Origin: Candidatus Poribacteria bacterium
Lineage (GTDB): Bacteria > Poribacteria > WGA-4E > WGA-3G
Direction of reading: 5' to 3'
DNA length: 64,000 nt
Assembly: GCA_965205025.1 (NCBI GenBank)
Contig: CBDBFU010000002.1
Location: 64,001-128,000 of the forward strand
The notes under the pieces were generated by a model that worked only from the letters and a program-made list of their open reading frames with translations, did no database searches and was not told the origin of the DNA. Each line of letters begins with the position of its first letter. Positions within the stretch are counted from its first letter, which is position 1. A program made the translations under genes and the position numbers. Positions 31,362-41,459 of this stretch are shown here, one piece after another.

Positions 31362-31390
31362 TTGTCATAATGAAAATATAATTATACAAT
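31362..31390 (+). promoter_or_regulatory. Putative outward-facing sigma70 promoter (right module)
   Basis: TTGTCA-N17-TACAAT inside a ~110-bp block (31326-31433) homologous to the reverse complement of ~21283-21392. Confidence 0.6.
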
Positions 31391-31679
31391 ACTATATTGT
31401 TCAATAATTGTAAACCAAAACTAATAGGTTTTTAATAGGAATATGAGTCCGAAAAATAATGACACAAACTAAAAACCAATGACTATCTATAAAAACGATC
31501 CTAATTACGAAATTTCATTTACATCAAAAAAGCATCTCTTTTTAACGGGTGGGAATGTCAAAATCAGAAAGGACAACAGAAACACAAAATCACACATTTC
31601 TGATTTTTTTATAAATCAAGTTCAAAATGGCGTAAAGCAAGTCTATGACAGGGTTTATAGGGATAATTTACACGATTTT

Positions 31680-31712
31680 CAATGTCACACCGTGTGACAA
31701 AAAGTGTAACTT
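31680..31712 (+). repeat. 33-bp palindrome-containing motif (copy 2)
   Basis: CAATGTCACACCGTGTGACAAAAAGTGTAACTT; inverted copy at 20518-20550. Confidence 0.85.
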
Positions 31713-32360
31713 TTTTCATTTTTGCGACGCACAGAGTAATGCAACATCTACACAATCTATTGTCTAAGTATTTAGGATTAAATGTCTATTTTTATACCTC
31801 ATTTTCTTGCTATATATTAGGATTAAATATCTGTTTTATACCTTTTCACAACATTCACAACAAGTTGTGAAAAATTTCAGAAATTATAAACCCTTCAAAA
31901 CCTATACCAGCACAGGGTTTGTCTTACAATATTTGATAAACTAAAAATCATGTTAAAAAAATAATGAAAATTAGACTAAATCTCCTAAACCCTTTCTACA
32001 TCTAACTTTAGAGCGATAAAAAATATGTCTTGGAAAAATTGTGTTGTGAAAATAGAATTCAGGAAATCCTAAGTGTCATGTCAAAATGTGTGTATCCGAT
32101 ATTTCACCTTAAACAAATCCAAATTTCGTTTTCTACTCAATTTGCGTAAGTCCTGAGGAATATAATTCCTATTTTCAGAGTATTCAGAGTAAATCAGAAA
32201 AATTTAAAATGTAGAAAACCACCAGGAAACCATACTATAACTAACTTTATAGATATTATTAAACTTCACCTATGAGCATTTACTCTGAAAATTTACTGTT
32301 ACTTGAAAACAACTAAAATCTGAAATCTGAAAACAAAATTATTTGATGGAGGAACGACAG

Positions 32361-32768
32361 ATGGCAAACCAAAAACATGATATGGTTGTATATCCTATCC
32401 AAGACGATGTACGATTAGAAGTATATTGGCGGGACGATGCAGGTGGTCGAGGTCCTGCAGCATCACTCTATGTCTATGATGATGAGATCATGCGATTTGA
32501 TTGTTTTGGCGGAGATAATGGACATTGTCATTTTAATTTGCGGCAAACACGCGGCAGGAGATGGATGTATCCACAAGGATCTTTCCAAGATCACATTAAA
32601 CAGAGTTTATTTGATCTACGAACCAATCTTCCTTTTTGCCTACAAACACATCAGGATCAACGTATACAGGAAACTCAGATAAACCGAGAAAGTCTGGATA
32701 GGGCAGCGGAGAAAATGGAAACACAGTTGTTGGATTTTGCAGTCAAACTACAAGGCAATCCTGCATGA
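32361..32768 (+). CDS. Hypothetical protein
   Basis: GGAGG RBS; 135-aa ORF with RFDCF..GHCH motif; stop overlaps the nnr start (ATGA). Confidence 0.75.
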   Translation: MANQKHDMVVYPIQDDVRLEVYWRDDAGGRGPAASLYVYDDEIMRFDCFGGDNGHCHFNLRQTRGRRWMYPQGSFQDHIKQSLFDLRTNLPFCLQTHQDQRIQETQINRESLDRAAEKMETQLLDFAVKLQGNPA

Positions 32769-34363
32769 AAGTTGTAACAGCAGCTGAAATGCGAAATATC
32801 GACCAGAATACCATTGAAAACATTGGTATTCCCGGCATAGTCCTGATGGAAACTGCGGGGAGTGAGATCGTCCAAAGTATTGTAAATTATTATCCGAATG
32901 CACATCAGATAGGTATCTTTGTAGGCAAAGGGAACAATGGTGGGGATGGGTTAGTAATTGCTCGCCAACTTGCCCACTCTGGACGGGATGTATCTATTTT
33001 TCTCGTCTCCCCACAGGACAGTTTCACAGAAGAAGCTCAAATCAATCTGGAAATATCCAAGAATCTGGGATTGCATATTGACGAAATCCTTACTGATACT
33101 GCGTTCTCCGATGCACTTGGCTATAATTTTTCAACAAAAAGATTTCTACACAACAATATAACAAGTTGTGATTTAATTGTAGATGCCATTCTCGGCACTG
33201 GGTTACGAGGTGATGTACGTCCTCATATCTCTAATGTAATCAATGCGATAAATAACCTCTCTATCCCTATCCTTGCTGTGGATCTACCATCCGGACTGGA
33301 TGCTGATACTGGAAATCCTTTGGGAACATGTATTCAGGCAGATAGAACAGTAACAATCGGATTACCTAAACGGGGATTATTAGTCCACCCCGGTGCGGAA
33401 CTTTCAGGAAAATTGGATGTTGTAGATATAGGTTTTCCACATCAAGTTATTGAAGCACAGGACATCAAGGTAACTTGGGTAACTGAGAAGCAAGCGATCA
33501 AATGGCTACCACAACGTCCACCTGCTTCTTATAAAGGTAGTTATGGTCGTGTTCTTGTTGTAGCAGGTTCAACAGGTATGACTGGGGCAGCTGCATTAAC
33601 AAGTGAAGCAGCTTTGCGTACTGGGGCAGGTTTAGTGACACTTGCAATTCCTGAAAGTCTTAATCCAATTCTGGAGGAAAAATTATCTGAGGTAATGACT
33701 TTACCCTTGCCTGAAACAGAGGAAGGCAGTTTTACGGTATCTTCAGTATCACCTATCCTTGAATATGCAGAAAAGAACAAATCTGTTCTTGCCATAGGAC
33801 CTGGTGTATCACAACATCCTGAAACGGTAGCATTCATACATCAACTGATACAAGAAAACCGTCGCCAGGAACTCGACCTTCGTATAGTTATTGATGCGGA
33901 TGGGTTAAATGCTTTAGCACAGAAAAAGGAGTTTTTACAATTACTAAATGAAAAGGCAGTACTAACGCCACACCCAGGAGAAATGTCTCGGTTGATAGAC
34001 ATTCCTGTTTCAAAATTAGAGGCAGATAGGATTCGTACATCAGAAGAATTTGCAAAGGAATATGGTGTAACACTTGTACTAAAAGGTGCACCCACCATAA
34101 CTTCAGATTCAAATAGTAACACATGGATAAACTCGACAGGTAATGCTGGCATGGCAACAGCAGGAATGGGAGATGTATTGACAGGTGTAATTGCTGGTTT
34201 GATTGCACAAAATATACACAGCGAAATGGCAGCACCACTTGGAGTTTATTTACACGGTTTAGCAGGGGATATTGTCGCAGAGCAGAAAGGCATGCACGGA
34301 CTCATTGCAAGTGATGTGCTTAATGCATTACCACAAACAATCTCATCATTGGTATCAAACTAA
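32765..34363 (+). CDS. nnr: Bifunctional NAD(P)H-hydrate epimerase/dehydratase
   Basis: YjeF-N motifs (LMETAG, GKGNNGGDG, DAILGTG, DLPSG) and YjeF-C motifs (KGSYG, IDADGL, TPHPGE, AGMGDVL). Confidence 0.95.
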   Translation: MKVVTAAEMRNIDQNTIENIGIPGIVLMETAGSEIVQSIVNYYPNAHQIGIFVGKGNNGGDGLVIARQLAHSGRDVSIFLVSPQDSFTEEAQINLEISKNLGLHIDEILTDTAFSDALGYNFSTKRFLHNNITSCDLIVDAILGTGLRGDVRPHISNVINAINNLSIPILAVDLPSGLDADTGNPLGTCIQADRTVTIGLPKRGLLVHPGAELSGKLDVVDIGFPHQVIEAQDIKVTWVTEKQAIKWLPQRPPASYKGSYGRVLVVAGSTGMTGAAALTSEAALRTGAGLVTLAIPESLNPILEEKLSEVMTLPLPETEEGSFTVSSVSPILEYAEKNKSVLAIGPGVSQHPETVAFIHQLIQENRRQELDLRIVIDADGLNALAQKKEFLQLLNEKAVLTPHPGEMSRLIDIPVSKLEADRIRTSEEFAKEYGVTLVLKGAPTITSDSNSNTWINSTGNAGMATAGMGDVLTGVIAGLIAQNIHSEMAAPLGVYLHGLAGDIVAEQKGMHGLIASDVLNALPQTISSLVSN

Positions 34364-34401
34364 CACCATTTCTAATAATAAAAGTCTCTTTAATGTGGCA
34401 T

Positions 34402-34528
34402 AAACTTCATGAAGATTAAAATAATAATTCGGTAATGTGTTAGAAATTCGGTTCGGTTAGGAAACCGAACCTACCAAGTTTGGGAAAATGGGAATTGCCG
34501 AATTTAAAACTTAATCTTCATCCAGTTT
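34402..34528. mobile_element. MITE-like element enclosing a REP hairpin
   Basis: Imperfect termini AAACTTCATGAAGATTAA / TTAATCTTCATCCAGTTT; internal CGGTTCGGTTAGGAAACCGAACCTACCAA, also present inverted at 50731-50759. Confidence 0.6.
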
Positions 34529-34594
34529 GTGCGGTATTTCAAGACATGCTTTACAATTGTTCATGGGATAAACATCTATAGAAATGGTATAATA

Positions 34595-34739
34595 TAACGT
34601 GAGTTTGATAAGACACATTGTAACCGAACTTTTAGTTAACACCAGAGTGCACAAACTGGAAAGTTTGTGCTACAAAGACTATCTTCAGGACAAAATTCTG
34701 TTTATCGAACTAACATTTTTTATTATCAAACTGACGTTA
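34595..34739. mobile_element. MITE-like element enclosing a GTAG-type REP hairpin
   Basis: Termini TAACGTGAGTTTGATAA / TTATCAAACTGACGTTA; internal GCACAAACT-ggaa-AGTTTGTGC-TAC; identical left terminus at 51398. Confidence 0.65.
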
Positions 34740-34755
34740 ATATAATAAAGAGGAA

Positions 34756-35166
34756 ATGAAAACATACAAAATCTACCCAGTAGCAGCAGCAGATGCATCG
34801 ACAGCTTTTCAGATCGAATTAGACCCACGCGCAATTGCTGCAGCTGAAGAACTTGAGAATAGTAATGTGCAAGGTGCTGAAAGAGAAGGAATCTTACAAA
34901 AGCATTTCGACCAAGACTATGAAAAAGGTTACCGTGGTACGGCGTGGGGCTTGCACGGTATTTCCGTTGGAATGACACCTGCTCGTTTGGCTGAATTATT
35001 GGCTGAACATGGTGAATCTTTTGATCCTTGTGCCGAACGTGAGACATTTGATCATAGTCTGATGGTGAATGTTGAAGAGGAGTTAGCATCTCAGTTAGAA
35101 TATATTCCAAAAACTGTTTTGAATCAAATTGTTGAAACATATAAGAATGCCCTGTTAGGTGTGTAA
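34756..35166 (+). CDS. Hypothetical protein at the head of the permease array
   Basis: AGAGGA RBS; 136-aa ORF ending 15 nt before the first permease. Confidence 0.7.
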   Translation: MKTYKIYPVAAADASTAFQIELDPRAIAAAEELENSNVQGAEREGILQKHFDQDYEKGYRGTAWGLHGISVGMTPARLAELLAEHGESFDPCAERETFDHSLMVNVEEELASQLEYIPKTVLNQIVETYKNALLGV

Positions 35167-35181
35167 GATGGAGATGACTAA

Positions 35182-36600
35182 ATGCTACTAACCTTAATAC
35201 GAAAAGAGATGATGCATCATCTCCTGAGTGTACGATTTATCGTACTGCTTCTGATGTGCTTGTTCTTGGTACCACTCACCCTTTCAATAAATTATCAACA
35301 ATACCGTCAAAACCTTGTTGACTACCAAGAAGCAGTGAAACTTGCGAAAATTGAAGAAACCACAGTTAATCCAAGCATGGAACTCAAACCAAAGATGGAA
35401 ATATCTAAACTTTTCCTGAAACCAACACCACTGAGTACATTTGCTAACGGATTAGCGGATGCTCTGCCGAGTTATCTTGGAATGACACGAAATGGTGTAA
35501 CTCATGGACCTCCTGCACTGGTTTCTGCTTCTCTCTCTTATCTATTGGGACATCTTGACTTCCTTTTCCTTGTCGGAACAGTTTTCAGTCTACTTGCGTT
35601 GTTGTTCACTTTCGATGCCGTTGCAGGAGAAAAGGAAGCAGGAACACTACGAATTACATTATCAAATGCACTACCCCGAGATCTATTTTTATGGAGTAAA
35701 TTGATCGGAGGTTATATTGTCTTTGTTGTCCCATTCTTAGTGTCGTTTTTATTTAGTTTACTGTTATTAGTTACACAAGGATTCCCATTTAGTGAACCAG
35801 AGGTATTATCACGTATCTTCAGTCTGTTACTTGTTTCATTACTTTATATAGGTGTCTTTTTTGCAATAGGAACACTTATTTCCACCTACTTAGACAATAC
35901 CAAAACCGCACTCATAATCGCCTTTACTGTTTGGGTATTTACAGTCCTAATTACGCCACGGGTTGGATTTATTGCGGCTAAATTTATTGTTCCAACACAG
36001 ACTTCTCAGAGTGTCTATCTTGAAAAAACCACAGTCCGTGAAAATTATATAGAGGAATTAGAAGAAAAGAAAAAGGATGCCTATAATGCCTTCTGGCGTG
36101 ACAGACCTCAACCGACTACATCTGAAGAACGGTTTTCAATCTATGGTGAATTTGATAAACATATAAAACCGCTTGAGGAGGAATTACGCCAGAAGTACAA
36201 CGACAGTGCAAATGAGATCAATAAGCGATATAAACGTGATCAGTCAAGGCAAGAAGCCGTAGCTGAAACACTCTCCAGAATCACACCAACGTCTTCTCTT
36301 ATCTATGTCGTTACAAACATAACACGGACAGGAAAAGTAAAGAGAACGAACTACTTTCAAGCAGGAGAACGGTATTACGAGGCACTTGATGTAGATCTGT
36401 TCAGTAACCTCAGAGATTACATACCGGTAAGAGTGTTTATACCAACAGATTCTGTCCAAATTACACAACCACCTCCTATAAAAACACTTTCATTGAGTGA
36501 GACAATTCGCTTTTCCTTGATGGATTTACTTTTGTTATGCTTTTTTGCAATCTTACTAACGACAATAGCGTTCTTAAAGTTCTTTCGCTCAGATATCTGA
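35182..36600 (+). CDS. ABC-2 type transporter permease, subfamily A
   Basis: MLLTLIRKEMMHH; FDAVAGEKEAGTLRITLSN; about six TM segments with two large loops; ends FFRSDI. Confidence 0.88.
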   Translation: MLLTLIRKEMMHHLLSVRFIVLLLMCLFLVPLTLSINYQQYRQNLVDYQEAVKLAKIEETTVNPSMELKPKMEISKLFLKPTPLSTFANGLADALPSYLGMTRNGVTHGPPALVSASLSYLLGHLDFLFLVGTVFSLLALLFTFDAVAGEKEAGTLRITLSNALPRDLFLWSKLIGGYIVFVVPFLVSFLFSLLLLVTQGFPFSEPEVLSRIFSLLLVSLLYIGVFFAIGTLISTYLDNTKTALIIAFTVWVFTVLITPRVGFIAAKFIVPTQTSQSVYLEKTTVRENYIEELEEKKKDAYNAFWRDRPQPTTSEERFSIYGEFDKHIKPLEEELRQKYNDSANEINKRYKRDQSRQEAVAETLSRITPTSSLIYVVTNITRTGKVKRTNYFQAGERYYEALDVDLFSNLRDYIPVRVFIPTDSVQITQPPPIKTLSLSETIRFSLMDLLLLCFFAILLTTIAFLKFFRSDI

Positions 36601-36947
36601 GAGGCAGGAATTGTGCCAAATCGCACCTCCATCTTATCACATCAGATTTGGGTTTTCTATCAATTGATACGCAGGTTGTACTTCATGGAAATCCCAATTT
36701 CTCTGGTGTATGCTTACCTATCCGCATGGAACCGGATGTATCTAAGATTGATCTGCCAGACCTCAAGAAACTTTCTATTTCTTCAATTAAGTTTGGTGGA
36801 GATTTCATAGAAGAGTAACTCACCCTCTTTTCCTTTTTCTGCTCAATATGCGTAAGTCCTGACAAATAATCCGCTAAAGTGCATCCGAAAATTGTATAAG
36901 TATAGCCTACGCGGAAATCATCTTGAAGAAACTGGCAAGAATAAACC

Positions 36948-38450
36948 ATGCTCCTAACACTTATCCGTAGAGAGATTCTTGACAATCTAATGACATTTCG
37001 ATTTGCGGCAGCAAGCTTTATTATGCTACTCCTTGTTGTTGCAACGACCGGTGTACTTATTAGAGACTACGAACGTAGGTTAGAAAGTTTTGACACTGCT
37101 GTCAAAAAACATCGCCAAGAAATGATGGATACAACTACCTATTCAGCAGTAGACTTAACGATTGATCGTCCTCCAAATCCTTTGAGCATTTTTAATGTTG
37201 GTTTAGACAAACGATTAGGAAACACACTCGGTATTAGTCACTTTTTCGTACCATCACTTTGGGATGCAGGAAAGCATGGGGCAGATAACCCTTATCTGAA
37301 TCTATTCGCATCTATAGATCTTGTTTTTATTTTTCAGGGAATTCTCAGTCTTTTAGCACTCATCTTTGCCTACGATACACTTGCTGGTGAGCGTGAACGT
37401 GGCACGTTGCGACTTGTACTTACACACCCTGTTCGACATGGTCAAATCATATTTGCCAAATACATGAGTGGTATGATATGTCTATTAATACCTTTACTGA
37501 TGTGTATTCTCCTTGTGTTAATAATGCTAACCACATCTTCATCTGTTTTTCTGAGTGTAGATGATTTTCTACGCATCGGTGGAGTTGTTTTTACATCCTT
37601 CGTTTATCTGTCTCTGTTTTTCCTTATCGGCATGTTAATCTCAGCCCTAACTCGTCGAACGAGTACTGCACTTATGGTTGCTATGTTTGTATGGGGATTT
37701 TTGGTGCTGGTGTATCCAAATCTTATACTTACGGCAGTTGACACTGATCCACACCCAGATACCGAACCTTCTGCTTACAACCAAATCAAGCAGATTTGGG
37801 AAGAATTTGACAAGGATCGACTACAATACCTCAGAAATGATCCTGTAGAAGGTGAAGATTATGATTTTGACCTGTCAGGTGATGGTTACACTTTTCGGGG
37901 TCCTACGGATAATTCATCAAGATTGCTATATTACTACGTTACTGGATTCCACCATAAAAAACTTAAAGAGGAGTCTGAACCTAATGTACCACACGCTCAA
38001 GACTATCATCGCTTTTTCGGGACGCAGGTCACCCACACTGCAGAGCGTATGTGGCTTGTTCGAGAACCCGCTTTGGAGGCATTATATACACAACCCGCAA
38101 AATTGGAACAGATGCTATTAAAGTTTTCTCCTGTTGGTTTGTATGATGCAGCAACCGAAGCTTGGACAGGAACAGACTTGAATGGGTTACAAGATTTTTT
38201 CACAGCAAGTCAAAGGCATCATCAGTCAGTAATGGATTATTATCATGACAATAAGGTATTTGAGTCTCGACTATGGATCGTTGGTGCAGAAGGTGAAATT
38301 GACTGGAATCAAATGCCGCAGTTTTCCTTTCAAAGAAGTGAAATTGGTGTCAATGCCAAACGTGCAGCTCCAGAATTAAGTCTGTTGGTCATGCTTAACC
38401 TGGTCCTGTTCACTATAATCTTTCTGATTTTCGTTCGTAGTGAGGTATAA
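36948..38450 (+). CDS. ABC-2 type transporter permease, subfamily B
   Basis: RREILDNLMTFRF; RPPNPLSIFNVG; AGERERGTLRLVLTHP; ends FVRSEV. Confidence 0.88.
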   Translation: MLLTLIRREILDNLMTFRFAAASFIMLLLVVATTGVLIRDYERRLESFDTAVKKHRQEMMDTTTYSAVDLTIDRPPNPLSIFNVGLDKRLGNTLGISHFFVPSLWDAGKHGADNPYLNLFASIDLVFIFQGILSLLALIFAYDTLAGERERGTLRLVLTHPVRHGQIIFAKYMSGMICLLIPLLMCILLVLIMLTTSSSVFLSVDDFLRIGGVVFTSFVYLSLFFLIGMLISALTRRTSTALMVAMFVWGFLVLVYPNLILTAVDTDPHPDTEPSAYNQIKQIWEEFDKDRLQYLRNDPVEGEDYDFDLSGDGYTFRGPTDNSSRLLYYYVTGFHHKKLKEESEPNVPHAQDYHRFFGTQVTHTAERMWLVREPALEALYTQPAKLEQMLLKFSPVGLYDAATEAWTGTDLNGLQDFFTASQRHHQSVMDYYHDNKVFESRLWIVGAEGEIDWNQMPQFSFQRSEIGVNAKRAAPELSLLVMLNLVLFTIIFLIFVRSEV

Positions 38451-38536
38451 GATGGTTATCAATTATCAGCAGTCAGCATATAGCATGGGATTCATAGAGG
38501 TTAAAAACCAACAACAAGAATAGTGATAACAAGAAT

Positions 38537-39946
38537 ATGATATTACATATAACAAAACGCGAACTCTACGACAATCTAAATAGTCTTCGTTTTGCCCTTG
38601 CAACTATTCTGTTGTTAGCATTGATGATAACCAACGCAATTGGATTCCTCCGTGAACATCCAAAACGGATGCAGCAATATAACGAGTCTGTAAACAAATC
38701 TCTAACGCTAATGAATTCCCATGCAGAAGACAGTTTGTATAAACTGGCACAACAGGGACCTGGAAAACTCTATAAAAAACCATCACCCCTTAGTTTTTGT
38801 GCGGAAGGTGGAGAGCACCTGCTGCCTAACATTATTGAAGGGAGTAGTCCTTTTGTATACTCATCAAACTTGACAGGTGTTTGGAAACTGAAATACCCAA
38901 ATGCTAACGTAAACCTGAAGGATGTCGGACCAGATGTTCCGAAAGTGGATTGGACATTCATTATCGCGTTTGTCATGAGTTTAATTGCACTCTTATTTAC
39001 TTTTGATAGTATCTCTGGTGAACGTGAATACGGTACACTTAGGTTAATGTTGGCAAACTCAGTGCCTCGTCACACCATATTGATCGGGAAGTTCTTAGGA
39101 TCGTTGATAAGTGTCAGTATCCCTTTCACGCTTGCGGTATTAACGAACCTTTTGATGGTTTCAACTGCCCGTAATGTTCACCTGAACATAGAAGCATGGG
39201 AACGATTAGGTATGATCTTCTTTATTGGTCTCCTATACACGTGTTTCTTTCTTGCGTTAGGATTGTTAGTATCTGCGCGTGTTCAACGGAGTTCTGTGAG
39301 TCTGGTGATACTCCTATTGATTTGGGTAACTTTTGTTATTTTTATGCCGAGTACACTTGCATCAATTGCAGGAGAATTCGCACCGGCACTACCCACTGAA
39401 GCAAAATGGATACGACATAACGAAATGCAAGACGAACTCTGGGACAAATACGGTTATATACTCTGGTCAGATGAAGTCGACAGAAAAACGTTAGAAGCGA
39501 AAAGTGGGTTCTTTAAAGAAGATTCCGAAGCCGATGAACAACTAAACCAAGAATACCTAACGAGTAAGTTGGCACAGGTACAACATGCCCGTTCCATTAC
39601 TCGTACCTCCCCTGCTACTCTCCTTCAACATCTTCTTGAATCCTTTGCTGGAACAGGATTTGAACGGCATCTACAATTTGTTGATAATGTGGAAGATTAC
39701 GCACGACAATATCGTGAATTTGTAATTGATATTGATAAATCTGACTCTGAAAGTCTCCATCTTATCGGTGTCCGTGAAGGCATGACGAAGAAAAAGATCT
39801 TGCCATCGGCAGTTCCCAAATTTGATGATACACTGAATCTCAGCAAGGATTTTGACAGTTCGGTGATGGATATACTATTGTTAAGCATGTTTGTTGTAGT
39901 ACTACTGTCTGGTGCTTATCTCGCTTTTGTACGCGTTGAGGTATAA
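38537..39946 (+). CDS. ABC-2 type transporter permease, subfamily C
   Basis: MILHITKRELYDNLNSLRF; FDSISGEREYGTLRL; ESFAGTGFERH; ends AFVRVEV. Confidence 0.88.
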   Translation: MILHITKRELYDNLNSLRFALATILLLALMITNAIGFLREHPKRMQQYNESVNKSLTLMNSHAEDSLYKLAQQGPGKLYKKPSPLSFCAEGGEHLLPNIIEGSSPFVYSSNLTGVWKLKYPNANVNLKDVGPDVPKVDWTFIIAFVMSLIALLFTFDSISGEREYGTLRLMLANSVPRHTILIGKFLGSLISVSIPFTLAVLTNLLMVSTARNVHLNIEAWERLGMIFFIGLLYTCFFLALGLLVSARVQRSSVSLVILLLIWVTFVIFMPSTLASIAGEFAPALPTEAKWIRHNEMQDELWDKYGYILWSDEVDRKTLEAKSGFFKEDSEADEQLNQEYLTSKLAQVQHARSITRTSPATLLQHLLESFAGTGFERHLQFVDNVEDYARQYREFVIDIDKSDSESLHLIGVREGMTKKKILPSAVPKFDDTLNLSKDFDSSVMDILLLSMFVVVLLSGAYLAFVRVEV

Positions 39947-39952
39947 AATAAC

Positions 39953-41458
39953 ATGTTAGCTTCACTTATCAGCAGAGAACTACTTAACAATCTCATGACA
40001 TTCCGATTCGCTGCGGCAATCTTCATCATACTATTACTTGTAGTTGCTAATACAATTGTACTCATCAATGATTATGAGGGACGATTAGATAGCCATAACG
40101 ATTCGGTCAATATGCATAAGCGACAACTACAAGAAATTAAGACATATTCAGCAGGTAATGTACGTATTGATCGTCCTCCAAATCCTTTGAGCATTTTTAA
40201 CGTAGGATTTGATAAACAACTTGGCAATGAGGTACGAATCGCACCTGTATTTGTTCCGTCATTGTGGGATGCTCAGAATCACGGATCTTCTAACCCATTA
40301 ATGGATATGTTTGCTTCAATGGATATTGCATTCATCTTTGAAGTTATACTAAGTCTTCTTGCACTAATTTTTGCTTATGATGCATTTGCAGGAGAATACG
40401 AAACCGGTACATTACGCTTAGTCTTAACGCATCCAGTAAGACGGGGGATTATATTAGTTGCAAAATATATCAGTGCCATGATCTGTCTAATTGTTCCTTT
40501 AATATTGAGTCTACTCCTATCGCTTATTTTACTGACGGTATCCAACCATATCAACTTAAATAGCCAAGATTTTCTTCGTGTTGGCGGAATTATACTAACA
40601 TCTATAATCTATCTTTCCATATTTTACTTAATAGGATTATTGATTTCTGCGGTAACTCGAAGGACAAGTACTGCACTCATGTTGTCAATTTTTGTTTGGG
40701 GTTTCTTAGTGTTAGTTTATCCAAATATGATTCTTGCTATGATCGGTCCTAATCAACCATCGCAGGAACGTCAGACATCTGCTTACAACACTATTGAACA
40801 AATGTGGCTGGAATTCGACAAAGAACGTAAGCAATACTTAGCAACTGACGATTTTCCGGGAGAAGATTGGGGATATGAACTAAGAGGGTGGGGATCCCGT
40901 TCTGCTTATTTAACCGGTTCTCCTCACAACCTGTTTTATAAATACCGTTGCGTCATGAATTTTAGCGGATTTGGCGAGGAAGATGAACCTAAGATCCCAC
41001 ATGCACGGAAGCATTTCCGGTACCTCGTTCCAAAAATTATTGATACTGCAGATAAAACTTGGATAATTCGAAAACCTGCTCTTGAAGATATTTACATTCA
41101 TCCAGCAAAAATGGAAAGAATCTGGTTCAAATTATCTCCTGTTGGTTTGTATGATGCGGCAACAGAAGCTTGGGCAGGTACTGATGTAAATGGCATTAGA
41201 GATTTTTTCAATACTGCCAGACAATATCGAAAACAAGTAATTGATTTTTTCTACGATAAAGATGTGTTTGGATCTCGAGAATGGTTTTCATCTGATAAAG
41301 AGGCAGCGGATTGGAGCGACCTACCACATTTTAACTATCAAAGAGTCGATAGTCACATAAATGCAATGCGCGCATTACCAGATGTATGCTTACTATTCAT
41401 AATAAATATCTTACTTTTTGTTGTAATATTTATGATTTTCGTCAAAAGTGAGGTATAG
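39953..41458 (+). CDS. ABC-2 type transporter permease, subfamily B
   Basis: RELLNNLMTFRF; RPPNPLSIFNVG; EAWAGTD; ends FVKSEV. Confidence 0.88.
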   Translation: MLASLISRELLNNLMTFRFAAAIFIILLLVVANTIVLINDYEGRLDSHNDSVNMHKRQLQEIKTYSAGNVRIDRPPNPLSIFNVGFDKQLGNEVRIAPVFVPSLWDAQNHGSSNPLMDMFASMDIAFIFEVILSLLALIFAYDAFAGEYETGTLRLVLTHPVRRGIILVAKYISAMICLIVPLILSLLLSLILLTVSNHINLNSQDFLRVGGIILTSIIYLSIFYLIGLLISAVTRRTSTALMLSIFVWGFLVLVYPNMILAMIGPNQPSQERQTSAYNTIEQMWLEFDKERKQYLATDDFPGEDWGYELRGWGSRSAYLTGSPHNLFYKYRCVMNFSGFGEEDEPKIPHARKHFRYLVPKIIDTADKTWIIRKPALEDIYIHPAKMERIWFKLSPVGLYDAATEAWAGTDVNGIRDFFNTARQYRKQVIDFFYDKDVFGSREWFSSDKEAADWSDLPHFNYQRVDSHINAMRALPDVCLLFIINILLFVVIFMIFVKSEV

Positions 41459-41459
41459 A

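Larger units (their letters stand above)
30953..32154. mobile_element. Possible degenerate MITE-bounded segment containing the right-hand promoter/palindrome module
   Basis: AGAACTTATGCA (30953) and TGCGTAAGTCCT (32143) are 10/12 inverted termini; also CTGATAAGGG...TTTAGGGG repeats at 30981 and 31199. Confidence 0.4.

Noticed and set aside
5089-34363. nadA and nnr as an NAD-restoring anti-defence module
   Set aside because: Both are ordinary housekeeping genes ~26 kb apart and outside the island
36601-36947. Short ORFs between the first two permeases
   Set aside because: Overlapping ORFs on both strands without motifs; region contains a MITE-like end and is probably a remnant
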